NCBI GenBank assembly: GCA_040954595.2
Contig: CM082579.2
Coordinates: 9,103,625-9,167,624 of the forward strand
DNA: 64,000 nucleotides
Direction: 5' to 3'
Origin: Balanoglossus misakiensis
Taxonomy: Eukaryota; Animalia; Hemichordata
A model generated the notes under the pieces. It made no database searches. It saw only the letters and a list, made by a program, of their open reading frames with translations, and was not told the origin of the DNA. A program made the translations under genes and the position numbers. Below are positions 42,314-54,561 of this stretch, one piece after another. How positions within the stretch are numbered: position 1 is the stretch's first letter; the number at the start of each line of letters is the position of its first letter.

Positions 42314-42627
42314 AGGCCAAAAAAAATAATATCTGTTCCGATTACTTCGTTTTCAAAAATAGGGTAGGTAGGTAGGTAGGTCTTATTTTGAATTTTGTTA
42401 ATTTCTTTTGCCGCCGTAGTGTAGAATAATGATCGCATAGTTCTTGTGCGATGCACGCGACTTCGTCATCATTCTCGCGTGATTCGCACAATTTTCATAA
42501 ATGTTGTATATTTGACATTGTCATTTTTTCTTCCGGGTTTACAAAGCTCTAAAAAGTTTTGGGTAAGCGGGTTAAAATTTGGGTAGTTTTGGTAATCGGA
42601 ACAGCACATATTTTTTATTTTTGGTCT
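42314..42627. mobile_element. MITE-like element with imperfect ~35-bp TIRs and (GGTA)n
   Basis: AGGCCAAAAAAAATAATATCTGTTCCGATTAC ... GTAATCGGAACAGCACATATTTTTTATTTTTGGTCT. Confidence 0.55.
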
Positions 42628-43691
42628 GATGATGATTATCTGACTCAGATTCACACTTTTGTATGGATGAAGTGTTTATAAAAATGTTACTACATTATGT
42701 TATTAAACTGTTTATTGAATTTAGCGGACTACTGAAAATGACTAATTTTGTCATTTTCCTCAGTGATTTTTATATATATGTTCTACATTAATGAAGTTTT
42801 AAAACAAAAATACGGAGAAAACAGGGTGTTCCCATCTTACTTACTCGGTTAGGGGCTCTAAAGTATTGTGGAAAATGCTGAGTCGGTGTACGCCCATTCA
42901 AGAAAAGTCGTTTTCTTCGACTTCCGTGAATCTGCAGACCAAAAATCGCGGAGGGTGCGCCCCCTGTGAGTGACCGGCCGAGATTTGCGTGGATTAAAAC
43001 GTGGAGTAAAATTGACGTGTTGCCTTACTAATACAAAATAGAAGTCATGCTCGGTATATTTCGAACGTCTATTCACAAATTCGGTCGACAGAGAAGTTAA
43101 ATAAGCACAATGTCTTCGTCGCATGCATTAATATTTCACACTTTTAATCATCCACGATCCGTTAGGCCGCAATCATCTATACTACCAAAGGAAGCTACGA
43201 CTATCACGTAGTTATACAGGTGTGCCGTGTTATATGTACTTGGATATAAAAGTGTATACCTTTTGCAACCATGTAAATAATTGACAGGTCTTTAAGCCTG
43301 TGTAAAGAGGACTATCTATATACATGTACTATCGCCACAGTTCTTATCACCTGAGTTCCGATTTGCATTTTACGGGCGACCGTAAAGGAAGATATCAGTT
43401 GGCATTGGCCTACTTTGGCTGGTGATGATCGGTTGCATGGCTGCCACATGGCCGATTTTCTTTGGGTGATCACAGACTCTGCTTGAAAGACCGTGTCGGT
43501 CGTATTATATGCATGGCGTTATCAACATCCCACTTTACCAATTTCTCATATCTGTTCTCCACGGCAGCGCAAATGCAACACCAGCAACGGTAACCAACAG
43601 CTGGTGATATTGACGAAACAAACATACACGCATTTGGGATACAGACCGGAGTTCGCGTAAGTCTGGCTGACACCAAGGGTAAGACACCAGT

Positions 43692-45128
43692 ATGTCAGGT
43701 AAACCCGTACCTGTCGGCGAACGTGAAAGGATGACCGAAAACGAGGACCTGATTGCGGCCATCACCACAAACGATGCCGGTCTGTCTGTGTCGGAGTTCG
43801 AGAACATTGTCAAACGGTCGCAGGGGCACGTTGACGAGACTGACGGAGACGGGAAGACCCCTCTGCACCACGCGGCGCAGATGGACAACTTCGCCTTCGT
43901 CGAGGTGCTGCTGAAGCACGGGGCTAACCCTTCGCCGCAGGACGGCAACGGAAACACCGCCCTTCACCACGCGGCGAAGAATAACGACGTGGAAATGGTG
44001 CGAAGCCTTTTGGATCGCGGGGCGGTGGTGAACGTGGACAACAAAGTGGGATTTCCGCCTCTCCACGCGGCCGTGCAAAACGGTAACGTGGAATGTATGC
44101 GAGCCTTGCTCGAAAGAGGAGGCGACGGTAATAAACGATACGAAATGTTCAACACGGTCTTTCACGAGATACACTGTGTTAAGAAGAGCAGCGTGGAAAG
44201 TTTGGAGCTGCTGTTGGAGTTTGGCGCGGACGTCGAGGCCCGCGACGTCAAGGGGATGACGGCCCTTCATTCCGCTTGTCAGAATAGAAATTTTCCGTTC
44301 GTCGAAAAGTTGCTCGATTACGGCGCCGAGGTGAACGCAGAAACAACGCCCCGAACCACGCCTGGGGCCGGGAACCGCGGTAAATATTCGGTACTCAGGT
44401 ACGCAGTCATGACGGGGGATGTTGCGGTCTGCAGGCTGTTGCTGGAACGCGGCGCTGACCCGAACAGCCGCGACCTGCAAAACGTTGCTCCGCTCCACGT
44501 TGCCGCACAAAACAAGCTCTCCGAAGTTGTTCGGTGCCTCTTGGAGCACGGGGCGGACGTCTCCGCGAGAAACAACGCGGTACAGCTAGCATTACACATC
44601 GCGTGCGCCTCGGGCGGCGACAAGGACATGATACGCCTCCTACTCAGGCACGGAGCCGACCCGAACTGCGTCAGTAACGTCGGCGAGGTTCCCCTGCAAG
44701 CGGTGATGTGGAAGTACCGCCACACGACCGTCGACGAAGCCGATGAAAACGACGCCGAACTGAAGGAGAAGCTTCTGATTTTGCTGAACCACGGCGCTCA
44801 TTTTAACCTTCGCGACGACGCGGGCGATCCGTACAGCATCGCAAAGAATTTGCACACCCTCGAAAAACTTCCAAAGAGCTTGAAACTCGTCCTCGAGGCA
44901 GCTGACTCCGTAGATATCCATGGCGACGCGGAGATGACCCCGCCCTTGGTCGACGACGGTTTGAAAAGAAAATTGACAGAAATGACGACGACGCCACAGC
45001 CTCTGAAACGTCAGACAAGAAAATGTATACGAAGTTTACTGGGGCAAAATATCGGTGATAAAATAGAGACACTCCCCCTGCCTCAGTATTTGAACAATTA
45101 CGTGTTGTTTATGCATGAGCAGACTTGA
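43692..45128 (+). CDS. Ankyrin repeat and SOCS box protein (ASB-like), copy 3, 478 aa
   Basis: Single-exon ORF with ankyrin repeats and SOCS box PQPLKRQTRKCIRSLL...LPLPQYLNNYVL. Close paralog of copy 2 (shared FHEIHCV and NDAEL.EKLLILLN). Confidence 0.93.
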   Translation: MSGKPVPVGERERMTENEDLIAAITTNDAGLSVSEFENIVKRSQGHVDETDGDGKTPLHHAAQMDNFAFVEVLLKHGANPSPQDGNGNTALHHAAKNNDVEMVRSLLDRGAVVNVDNKVGFPPLHAAVQNGNVECMRALLERGGDGNKRYEMFNTVFHEIHCVKKSSVESLELLLEFGADVEARDVKGMTALHSACQNRNFPFVEKLLDYGAEVNAETTPRTTPGAGNRGKYSVLRYAVMTGDVAVCRLLLERGADPNSRDLQNVAPLHVAAQNKLSEVVRCLLEHGADVSARNNAVQLALHIACASGGDKDMIRLLLRHGADPNCVSNVGEVPLQAVMWKYRHTTVDEADENDAELKEKLLILLNHGAHFNLRDDAGDPYSIAKNLHTLEKLPKSLKLVLEAADSVDIHGDAEMTPPLVDDGLKRKLTEMTTTPQPLKRQTRKCIRSLLGQNIGDKIETLPLPQYLNNYVLFMHEQT

Positions 45129-46532
45129 GAAAAGAAATCGTGTTTTAGACGGGCTCATCGAAATGTAGACTATTTTGCATGTATTTTTTCGGATGTTATT
45201 TTGTACATGGGCCAAAATTCATAGAGGGGCTTCCACTGACTAATTAATGAAATGGCAAAGTTAATCGTGATTTTTATCTAAAATTCTGCTGTTGACGTAA
45301 AACGATTTGCAACATTTTAGGTAGTAGTGTATATGCCTAACACACTAGGCCTACATCACTGCCACTTATATAAAGTCCACTCTGTAATCATTAGGGAACA
45401 CGAAAAATGCCATTCTTCGCACCGGTATATCTTCCGCGACTGCGGTTGAAAACATGGTCGTGAGAAATCGACATCTGTGAATTCTTCGCGAATCGTGAAA
45501 TAATGGAACCATGTGACTTTGTTAAAATGCCACAGGTAACGTCGAGATAGTGCATGACTTGTGTGTTATCACTAGTAAATATTGCAACGACGTTGGAATG
45601 TCGTGAGAATAATCATCACTAGACAACCTCGATCCAGCCATGCCACCCATCCAGCACACCACTGAAACCGTGTACTTCAGTGCATGCGTTGCCACTATCA
45701 CGACACTCATATCGAGAGAGAAAAAATTGGGACAACATGGTTTGAACGTTGAGAGAATGTCCAGCCGATGTTACAGGCTGTTGCTTTACACATTTCCCCA
45801 AATTACAAACGAAGGAAACCGCAAAAGGATTTTTTGACAAAATTAACATTTATCCCGAGTACGGTACATGGTTTGTTGCGAGAGATTCTGTACTGGTCTG
45901 TCTCTCTCGTCTGCCAGTCTTTCTGTATCACCTGCAAATCTATTATTAAAATTCTCTTAAGAGTTAAGAAATACATTTCCCTTTGGCCTTCAGTCTCAGA
46001 AAACAGACCATAGTTTCAGGGTGACTCGCGTTTCCTCAGGTAGACAGATGTATACTGTTACCCTCATGGGCCAATCTCGTTACTGAATCACTCATTTCTC
46101 AATTGGTTCTGAAGTAATATAAAACATCCACCATTTATATAATTTTGCAGTATTTGTTCATCCAATCTCAGGGGTTTTGTTATTAATTATTATCCATCAA
46201 AGGTGCTTTTCAGTCCACTGCTCACTGGGAGACAAAGATCCTACTTCCAAAGCTGGTCTGGTCCCAACGCTATTCTAAAACAAAGTCATCCACGTAATTC
46301 TCCTGGTTCATATACGGTGTTCTCCAGCTTTCCATGTGGCAACAGTTGATGATTAAAAAGCCTGTACTTTTGTTGTCAAAAAGTAAACTTTTCCCTGATA
46401 TCTGTTGTGGATAAGTTTCTTCATTTACATTAACATCAAAGACGGAAGTGGCCATCCTTCCTACTGTTCGATACTCTGCAGTTTGATGCATAGGTGCGTA
46501 GATCAGTAGATGTGTTAACCGAATAAACAAGT

Positions 46533-47347
46533 TTAGGGCTTCTTTGGAACCGTCTCTTGAACTTTTTCCATGATTATCTCGGACGTCTTTTTGACATCCG
46601 GGACCATGAACGTTTGTTGGACATAAATTCCTGCCACGATGCCGACAGCCAGACCGGCGGCAAATTTCCTCGGCATGGCCATACCAGCCACAAATCCCAT
46701 GAGGCACTCCGGTGTGACTGCCTTCTCAATAACTACCTACAAATGGAAAAAAAAAAAAAGAATAGTTTTCGACACGAAAGCCATTTTGTCGCTTAATTAC
46801 ATAACAGTTTGACAGGTGCTTGTTGTAAGACAACTTTAGATTCAGGCAAGGGGCTGTGTAAAAATTTACATGATTGATGAAATAATTTGCATTATAATGC
46901 TGTGTTTTAATTATCGGATCCACTTCCCACTTCGTGTTGAGCCATTGTTACTTGTAAGAAGCTGCAGATGGACCGGAATTCTGAAAGCCGGTGGCTGCAC
47001 TGAGAACCCGTTCACCATTGCGGGACAGACTTTTCTTAGTTTTGAGCTTGCATCAGGGATGTATGTCTACGTGTATGTCGTGTGTGATCGACTGTGGCGG
47101 CGCAGCAGAAGCCGAATACTCTCGCCATACTCGTAATCGATCGTAGGCCGGATAGGGCTCTGTACGGTACTGCAACTTGATACGCAGCATGCATTTGTGT
47201 AATACTGTAACAAATGTATGGCTGAAGAGATCTCAGTAACTATAGGAATTTCCCCCACACAACTTGAACCTGTCTCTGGTATGAACAAACCTGGTACGTT
47301 GACTTTTCACCGGTCCCGTCGCCGCTATCTTTCGCGTTGTCCGCCAT
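46533..47347 (-). CDS. 86-aa membrane microprotein resembling the SLC35A4 uORF protein / STMP1 (DUF4535) family, 2 exons
   Basis: Exon 1 47347-47291 (MADNAKDSGDGTGEKSTYQ, donor CAG|GTTTGT) joins in phase 0 to exon 2 46736-46533, which follows a strong acceptor (T-run...CCATTTGTAG). Exon 2 reads VVIEKAVTPECLMGFVAGMAMPRKFAAGLAVGIVAGIYVQQTFMVPDVKKTSEIIMEKVQETVPKKP-TAA. The G-x3-G-x3-GIY-x2-Q-x3-VP-x-V pattern is the family signature as I recall it. An adjacent in-frame ATG is at 47350. Confidence 0.75.
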
Positions 47348-48215
47348 CATGGAAATTGACCCCTTATGTCGTTGGGAAAAAATGACTAGCGCACCGTTAT
47401 ATTTCGTTACGAACAGTTTGCCTACGGTTTCTTCATTGAACGTTTTACTGTAAGACAAAATTGGAGACTGTAAATTCAATTCGACGTTGTATATGCACAA
47501 TTCTGGTACTAATTAATACACCTCAATCGTTGTGTATGGGAAGAACAGCACTGCTGCGACACTATGTCAATGGGACCCTCTAGGCGTGTCACTTTTATTC
47601 ACCCACCTGTTGCTTTGAACTCCACCAGTGCAAAAAAATCTAACGGTAAACCTGACGACTAGTTCAAATAAACGCCCCGGTAAGATTGTTTGTACAAGAG
47701 CCTCTCCGAATTCCAGTGCTTTATCTCATCACAATACTGACTTTTGTTATCATTACGTCGACAGGGACCGTTATGTAAACAAGCGTGATGGAACAGTGTG
47801 TCATCAGTGTTGGGGTCAACTAGGGCCTAGGCCCTACTCGAACGAGATCGGAGATGAGACTTTGGCCGGACCGGAATCCCATTAGACTTTGGACAAGCAA
47901 GCAGAAATTAATGTGCGACGAATAGACACCCTCAATCCTCTATCTGTGACAGAAAGCAGGTCCATGTTACGTCATTGCCGGACTTTGTAATGCACTACCA
48001 CACAGTAATAGCACCAGGTGCATGGGCCTGATTGATATCGTGTTTTCACTGGTTGAAAAAAGAGGTAGGCATAGACACCGTGACTGCTCACATGCAGATG
48101 CCGGACATCGGATCGCACTTGCCACCTGAATTCTAAATTGAGCCATAGGTCTAACAATGACATAATTTTTCCATGCAACATTAACATCGTGGCAGTACAA
48201 GCATCTGGCGACACC

Positions 48216-51200
48216 ATGGATACCAATGATTCAAGTAGCCAGAGCGAGACAACTCCATTATTGAGAGACACGCATGCGGGGTGAGTGACTGAAAGGAATT
48301 GTTAAAAGGACCTACAAACGAGTATTATTAAACATGGTGACCCCTTTCATACTTTTTGACACGACTCAGTTTCAGCTTTGGTGTAGACTTCGCCATGTGT
48401 TTGCCACTGGCTGGTCGGCACGTGACTCGAATTAACAATATGCCATCAGAATAAACCGGGGCGTGTTTAGGACAATATTGTTTTATCGAATGCATTTGTT
48501 GCTGTAATTTCGCCTTAGTCTGCAGTCTGTTCTTAGCGCAAATCAAACAATAATTACAATTGGCACATCCAGGCTTGCAAGTTAAATACTGTCACAATCC
48601 TCACAGTCCTTCGAACTTGGCATCTTATCAAAACTGATCTTTGATCTCTGGATCGTTCAACCATTTGTAGGTCACAGGAGAGGCGTTACTACTGATGTAA
48701 CCTATACGTACATGTATATTCCACTGTAAATGTGCCGCATTGGTCGACGGCTTTAGGCTATAAGCAGATTAAATAGAACATTTCAAACGAATGCAAACCA
48801 GTCGACGATATGTGCGTGCTGTGAAGTAACGTATCATGAACGTGACATAACAAATCAAATGGCTTTAACCTTTCAACTATGACTCGCAGTCACCCATCTT
48901 TTATCTAAAAAGTGTAGACTTTTCATTACATTTTCCAAACTAATGACAAGAGTGGAACTTTATTCGCCCGTTTTCAAGTTCTCATTCAATCCCTCTTGCA
49001 GTCACGAGACATTTAAAGAAGCGCCTGAAGATTACCGAAGGCGATGGTGGTCCATTCGGGTGATGTACTTGACGATGTTTCTGGCAAGCCTTGGGTTTTC
49101 CATCGTTGTGACGTCAATATGGCCGTATCTGAACACTGTAAGTATAGTTAGACTTCACGGGTAGTCGTGCTAGGGCGAAAACACATTCAGCTGCCGCACA
49201 ACCCTGAAAAAAAAGTCCAGTCATGGTCTATTATTTTATATAGCAGACGGAGAATTTCGAGAAAACTTACACAATTCGAGCTATACGTGACTGTACACAT
49301 TTGTTTATTGTAATGCATAATGACTTAGGTCAGTAAAATTGACATCGCAACTCCTATTAATAAATGTAGGTTGAAGACGTGACCGACACAACATTTCTGG
49401 GCTGGTTGGTGGCAGCTTACAGCCTGGGACAACTTGTCGCTTCGCCGCTGTTTGGACTGTGCAGTAATCATTTCACTGCCAAATGGCCGTTGGTCCTGTC
49501 GCTGATCATGAGCGCCTGCGCCAACACGCTGTATGGATACGTGGGGGCGTTCAGTTCCAATAATGGCCTGATAATGTTGATAGCAAGAGTCGGCGTTGGA
49601 ATTAGTGCGGGTGGGTATAGTTAACTGCACCCTGAATTTTTACCTTCCATGTTTTGTGTCATGTCATTTGCCTCATCTGTGTTCTTCTCTGTCCGTCTGT
49701 TTGTCTTTCTGTCTGTCTGTCTGTCTGTCTGTCTCTGTCTGTCTGTCTGTCTGTCTGTATCACTCTTCTTTTATGGTATCCAAGTGATATTAACGTATAT
49801 TACAATGAACGATTTTGATAATGTTTAATAATTTTGCCATGTGTTTTCTTGCTGCTGCCAGTACAAATACGCTAATTTACATTTATCAGTATTGCTAAGA
49901 CCGAGTCTCTATTATTCAATTTTCAGGCAGCATTGCAGTGTCCAGGTCGTTCGTGTCTGGCGCGACAACGTTAAAAGAGAGGACGCCAGCTATGGCCAAC
50001 TTGAGCGCATCGCAGTCCCTCGGTTTCATACTCGGCCCAGGTATGTGTACACGTTTTTTCTCACACTTGAAAATTCAGTCTCCATCAGCTTTCCGAGAAG
50101 ACTTCATGCATATTCGCCATAAAGAGCTATTTCACACAAATCGAAGCATTGTTGGAGCGACAGAGAGAGAGAGAGAGAGTGAGAGAGACAGACAGAGAGA
50201 GAGAGACACGCATAATATTCAATAATATAATTTTTTCATTTTTTTTCTCAAGTTATACAGACAGCATTCTCGCCTGTCGGGGAGAAAGGGGTCGAGTGGG
50301 ACGCCATCAAATTGTCGCTGAACATGTACACCATACCGGCGTTCGTCAGCGCCCTGCTTGCCTTGGTGAATTTGATTCTGGTGTTGGTCGTGTTCAAGGA
50401 ATATCAGGTGTCTGACACCGCTGATGACGACGACCCGGGTAAGATCCGCCATGCTTTTCTTGTGACACGACGTTTGTCATTTTGGTCCGTGACAGGGAAA
50501 TTCGCGGAACCGTCGAAACAATGCGATTCTGTACTGATTGATGCCATTTTTGCAGCAGCCTTATTTACTTGGTTGTGTTCCCCTTTTAAACAACAGAAAC
50601 CGCGAAACATAACCATGAAGACGGCAAGATCGACAATGTTGCAGTGGCTATCTCCAACGCCATCTTCTTCGTCATCCTCTTTGTGTTCTCTCTGAATGAA
50701 ACGTAAGTGGTGTATCTAACCATGCAAGAAATGTTGTTAAGACTAGTCCAATGAAGCAAGCATGTATAACGATGGTCTATAGTTTTGAAGATATATTCAG
50801 GAAATATTATAGTAGAGCGGGTCATATGACATGAACTAACATATGTATGTCAATCTGACACCAAAACATTGAAATCAGCACCGTCGCCGTAAATGTCTTA
50901 AATTAGCTGTAATTTTTGGTTTACCTGCTTGAATGAAACAGATCGAACATGCCCCTTTCGCCATATTTGTATGTCTTTCAGAATCGGCGTACCGTTGTCG
51001 ATGGACATGTTCGCCTGGACGCGTCAACAGGCGGTGTATTACTCTGGCTTCATCCTCGGCGGAGGGAGCATCATCGCGCTCTCCGTGTTCATGCTACTCA
51101 AGCCTCTTTCAAGAAGGTAATGTAGATTTAGGGGTTGAATCGGCCACTAAAGATCTCCAGGAAATCGTGACAATTTTACCATTCTTTTCTGTGTAATTAT

Positions 51201-52539
51201 GTGAAGTAGGCCAGCGTCAAACGAACCAGCTACCGGTTGCTGAGTCGAGCTGACTACATCGGAGAGTTGATTGTTCGTCACTCGGAGACAGAGTTGCGGC
51301 CAGAGCCCAGTGTTAACTAGTAACTGGCCATGGACACATAATATATTCACTATGCGCGGCAACACATGTGACTTATCTATCGTTAGGTCGTACAGACTAG
51401 TACACGATGCTTCACATTCAGTTCTCTGCACGATATTTTGCAGGTTTGACGAGAGGATAATCTTGACGATGGGCATCTTCTTGATGTTGATTGGCTTCGT
51501 GTTTGACATCCCCATGCCGTGGGCCAAGGACTACCCGCCGAGACCAGAATATGGTAGGAAAAAAATAGTTGTGCATATCGGTTGTTTGCCTTAGAATTTC
51601 CCTGTGCGTTTTAACCTCTTTCCCGCGTACCTTTCAACATTGTTGAGTGACTGCAAAGTTGAGAAAACCATGTATACGCCACACTGCAAACTGTGGTGGC
51701 GCTGTTTTGACAAATGGTCCCACCTCGGTGATCACGCTAACATGATCGTCGTTCATTGCGACTAAAACCAAGCTCTTACCTCCACCTGCAGTTATAAATG
51801 GCACGGCTGGCGGCAATGGGCACATGCTACCGATCAGCAACGGAACAGAGGAGGCAGTTGGATGCGCCTGGACCATTCACTGGTGTGATTACACGCACAA
51901 GATCTATCTCCCGCAGTACCTGGTGGGAGCGTTTTTCATGGCGTCCGGCTACCCGGCAGCAACGGTCATGAGTTTTGCCATTTATTCAAAAGTACTCGGA
52001 CCCAAACCCCAGGTGATGATTGTGTGAATGGTGGTGAAGGTGGCGTGGTCGAAGCGTGATTGGACGATGGCAGTATCATCACTATGTTTGTCAGAAACAA
52101 ATGAACAAACGGCTTTTCTCGATATTTCGGCAATTTCAGTCATTGCATTTCACTTGGGGATCTTGGCGGAGTGTGTGATGTTTTCCCCTACATAATACAT
52201 GCATTAAGGTAGTTTCCGAGAGAGAGAAAAAAAGACAGGAATATAATTTCCATATTGAGATCTTTCCATTTTGAAAAGTACTATTCTCATTTGTTTCCAC
52301 AGGGAGTTTACATGGGAATCCTGACCGGATGCGGAAGTCTCGCGAGAACGCTTGGCCCCATCTTTGTCAGCCAACTCTACGCTAAATTCGGACCCAAATG
52401 GACTTTTCTTGGCGTGTCCCTTATACTGATGGCGACGCTGATAACCATCCTGGTCGTCTATCGAAGACTTATACCATTTATAGAACGGCAGAAGCGTTTA
52501 AGACTGGTTAGCCCTGTCGACCCACAATTGATAAACTGA
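48216..52539 (+). CDS. MFSD8: Major facilitator superfamily domain-containing 8 (CLN7), lysosomal MFS protein, ~516 aa, 10 exons
   Basis: Exons 48216-48280, 49002-49137, 49370-49610, 49927-50040, 50253-50438, 50597-50702, 50982-51116, 51444-51553, 51792-52012, 52303-52539; 1551 nt with consistent phases. N-terminal dileucine [53 protein letters not shown] and [16 protein letters not shown] match MFSD8. Confidence 0.93.
49700..49757. repeat. (CTGT)n microsatellite
   Basis: Repeated CTGT in an MFSD8 intron. Confidence 0.8.
50161..50207. repeat. (GA)n microsatellite
   Basis: Interrupted GA tract in an MFSD8 intron. Confidence 0.8.
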
Positions 52540-54436
52540 ATGTGCAGCGAATGATAACGGGTGTGGATTTTATCACTGAGGCACTAGCCACTTGTGTCCG
52601 CACGCAGAGTGCGAGAAGTTGCGAGAAATTGCGAGAAGCAGTCGTGCAGTTAATACGCCATTTTTTCCTGGAGTGACGCGAACCAGATCAGCCCACAAAG
52701 GTGCGAATCACAGGGAAACCGGTTTGCCCTGAGTGTAGGCTTCAGGACTACGCCTATATACCTGTGGCCAAGATGGCCACCACATGAAGTCATATTTAAG
52801 GCAATTGAATTACGTCCATGCCCACAATGCACTGAAATTAGGCATTATAGAATTCTATTGATTGCTGGTTTTATGGTTTTTTTTGCATGTGGTCTTAGTT
52901 ATTATGACTAAAAAGAATTTGATACTATAGGGCCAATGACAGCCAAGGCGATTACCCGACCCTTCTCGCCTGACTACTATACCCTGTATGATGAGATACA
53001 TACCCGTCCAGCTTATGATTGCCACGTCCTTGTATGCAATGAATTACCGGAATCTCTGTCAATTTGTCACCAACGTGCAATATTATTGAAATTTTATATT
53101 TATATGCCGAAATTTAAATGGTAGGTATTTGGTAGACCAAGTCTTTATGATTGAACTTAACGAAATCTTTCTGGATTATATACATCAATTTCCGTATATA
53201 TTTGATATCAGGATAGTTACCCTTTGCACATTCCCAATCCGGACATATGCCACAAATTTTCCCTGGACCTTTACCACTGAAAATTCAACACCTCCACCAT
53301 CATTTACATTCCAAAACCTTTACCCCCGACATTGTTCCCCCTCCTAGAAATGCCCAAAGTTTTCCTTTTAAATCGAACTGTTGATTACATCATATGTACA
53401 TCATTAACAGACTAAAGGGACGAACATAACAATGGTACATCAATCTCACGCCCTTGCTTCAAGATGTGCCATACTGGAAGATACTTTGCGGTTTAGGGGA
53501 ATTTTTTGTCGCGTGGTCAGGAATCCGATGTGCACTGCTTATAAATGACTTACAAGAGAATCCATCTAGAATATAATCTTTGGTACCGACCGAAAATTAT
53601 ATGATGGAAGTATTCGCGTGCAGTATCCATGTGGCAGAAGTGAATTCAGTAGTGACAACCGGTAACTGAGCATGTTTCCGTGAGTGGACCAACATAAAAA
53701 GGCTATCGGACAAATTTAGCGACTTTTGTCCCCTTAAACGCCTATTTGCTAAGTTTTGTCAAAACTGCACTTCAAACTTCTCCTGTTGTAATGTCGCAGC
53801 TGTATAAATATATTAATAAAGACACTTTCGGCCGGCGTGAAGTCACTCAACAATTAATCAGCATCCCTTTGTATATTTTATCCAAACAGGTAAACACCAA
53901 GTGCATGAACGTCCATTTCTGCTGTGCAAATGTTTGAAATCATAATTACAATGTTGGGAGATGTTATAATAAAATCAATGAGTTGCGCAACAGAGATATT
54001 CGCATGTTGAATGTCAAGTCACGTTATCCGAGCAAGTAAAAGTGTAAACAGACGGAAATGTTTTGTTCTTTTTCTTGACCCTGCCCTAATTACTTTATTA
54101 TATAGGTTAGGCAGACCGAGCGTTAGGGAACAGAGCGAAAAGAATATTCAGGAGGCACAAATTCTGCCCCTCACCGTACCACGTGCTTATATGGCCGCAC
54201 ACCGACACCTGCCTGGTAGTACGTTTTTGCGTGAGCTTCAGAAATGTAGTCTTTTTCACGGTATCTCCTTTAAGGGAATTTGTCTTTGGAGGGAAAATAA
54301 CACATAAAGAGTTTAAACTTTGGTCAAAGCGGCTAGAAACAGGTGTGTTGGGAAACAGTGGTACAGTGTTAGTCTGAAATTTGAATAAAAAGTTGTCAAA
54401 CAAATAGGCCTACGTTGAGTGGTGGGGTTGAAAACC

Positions 54437-54561
54437 GCAAGTAGAAAGTGCTGGTTATTATTTGTGATTCTTTATTGTAAGCCTAACCACGAAGGGTAAA
54501 CCGGCAAGTAGAAAGTGCTGGTTATTATTTGTGATTCTTTATTGTAAGCCTAAACACGAAG
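54437..54561. repeat. 67-bp tandem duplication (2 copies)
   Basis: GCAAGTAGAAAGTGCTGGTTATTATTTGTGATTCTTTATTGTAAGCCTAA at 54437 and 54504. Confidence 0.9.

Noticed and set aside
37215-44549. Long antisense and alternate-frame ORFs over the ASB genes (37215-38486, 37574-38701, 40272-41732, 40934-41704, 43695-44549)
   Set aside because: Shadows of GC3-biased coding sequence that lacks stops in other frames; low-complexity translations with no motifs.
46270-46707. ORF 46270-46707 (-) as a second cistron downstream of the microprotein
   Set aside because: It overlaps the microprotein exon out of frame. Its distal part (MATSVFDV..., ~60 aa) has no recognisable motif and no resemblance to an SLC35 transporter.
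46925-47160. GC-richer patch in the microprotein intron as an extra exon
   Set aside because: A candidate exon 47159-47071 would shift the frame, and no frame gives a recognisable peptide.
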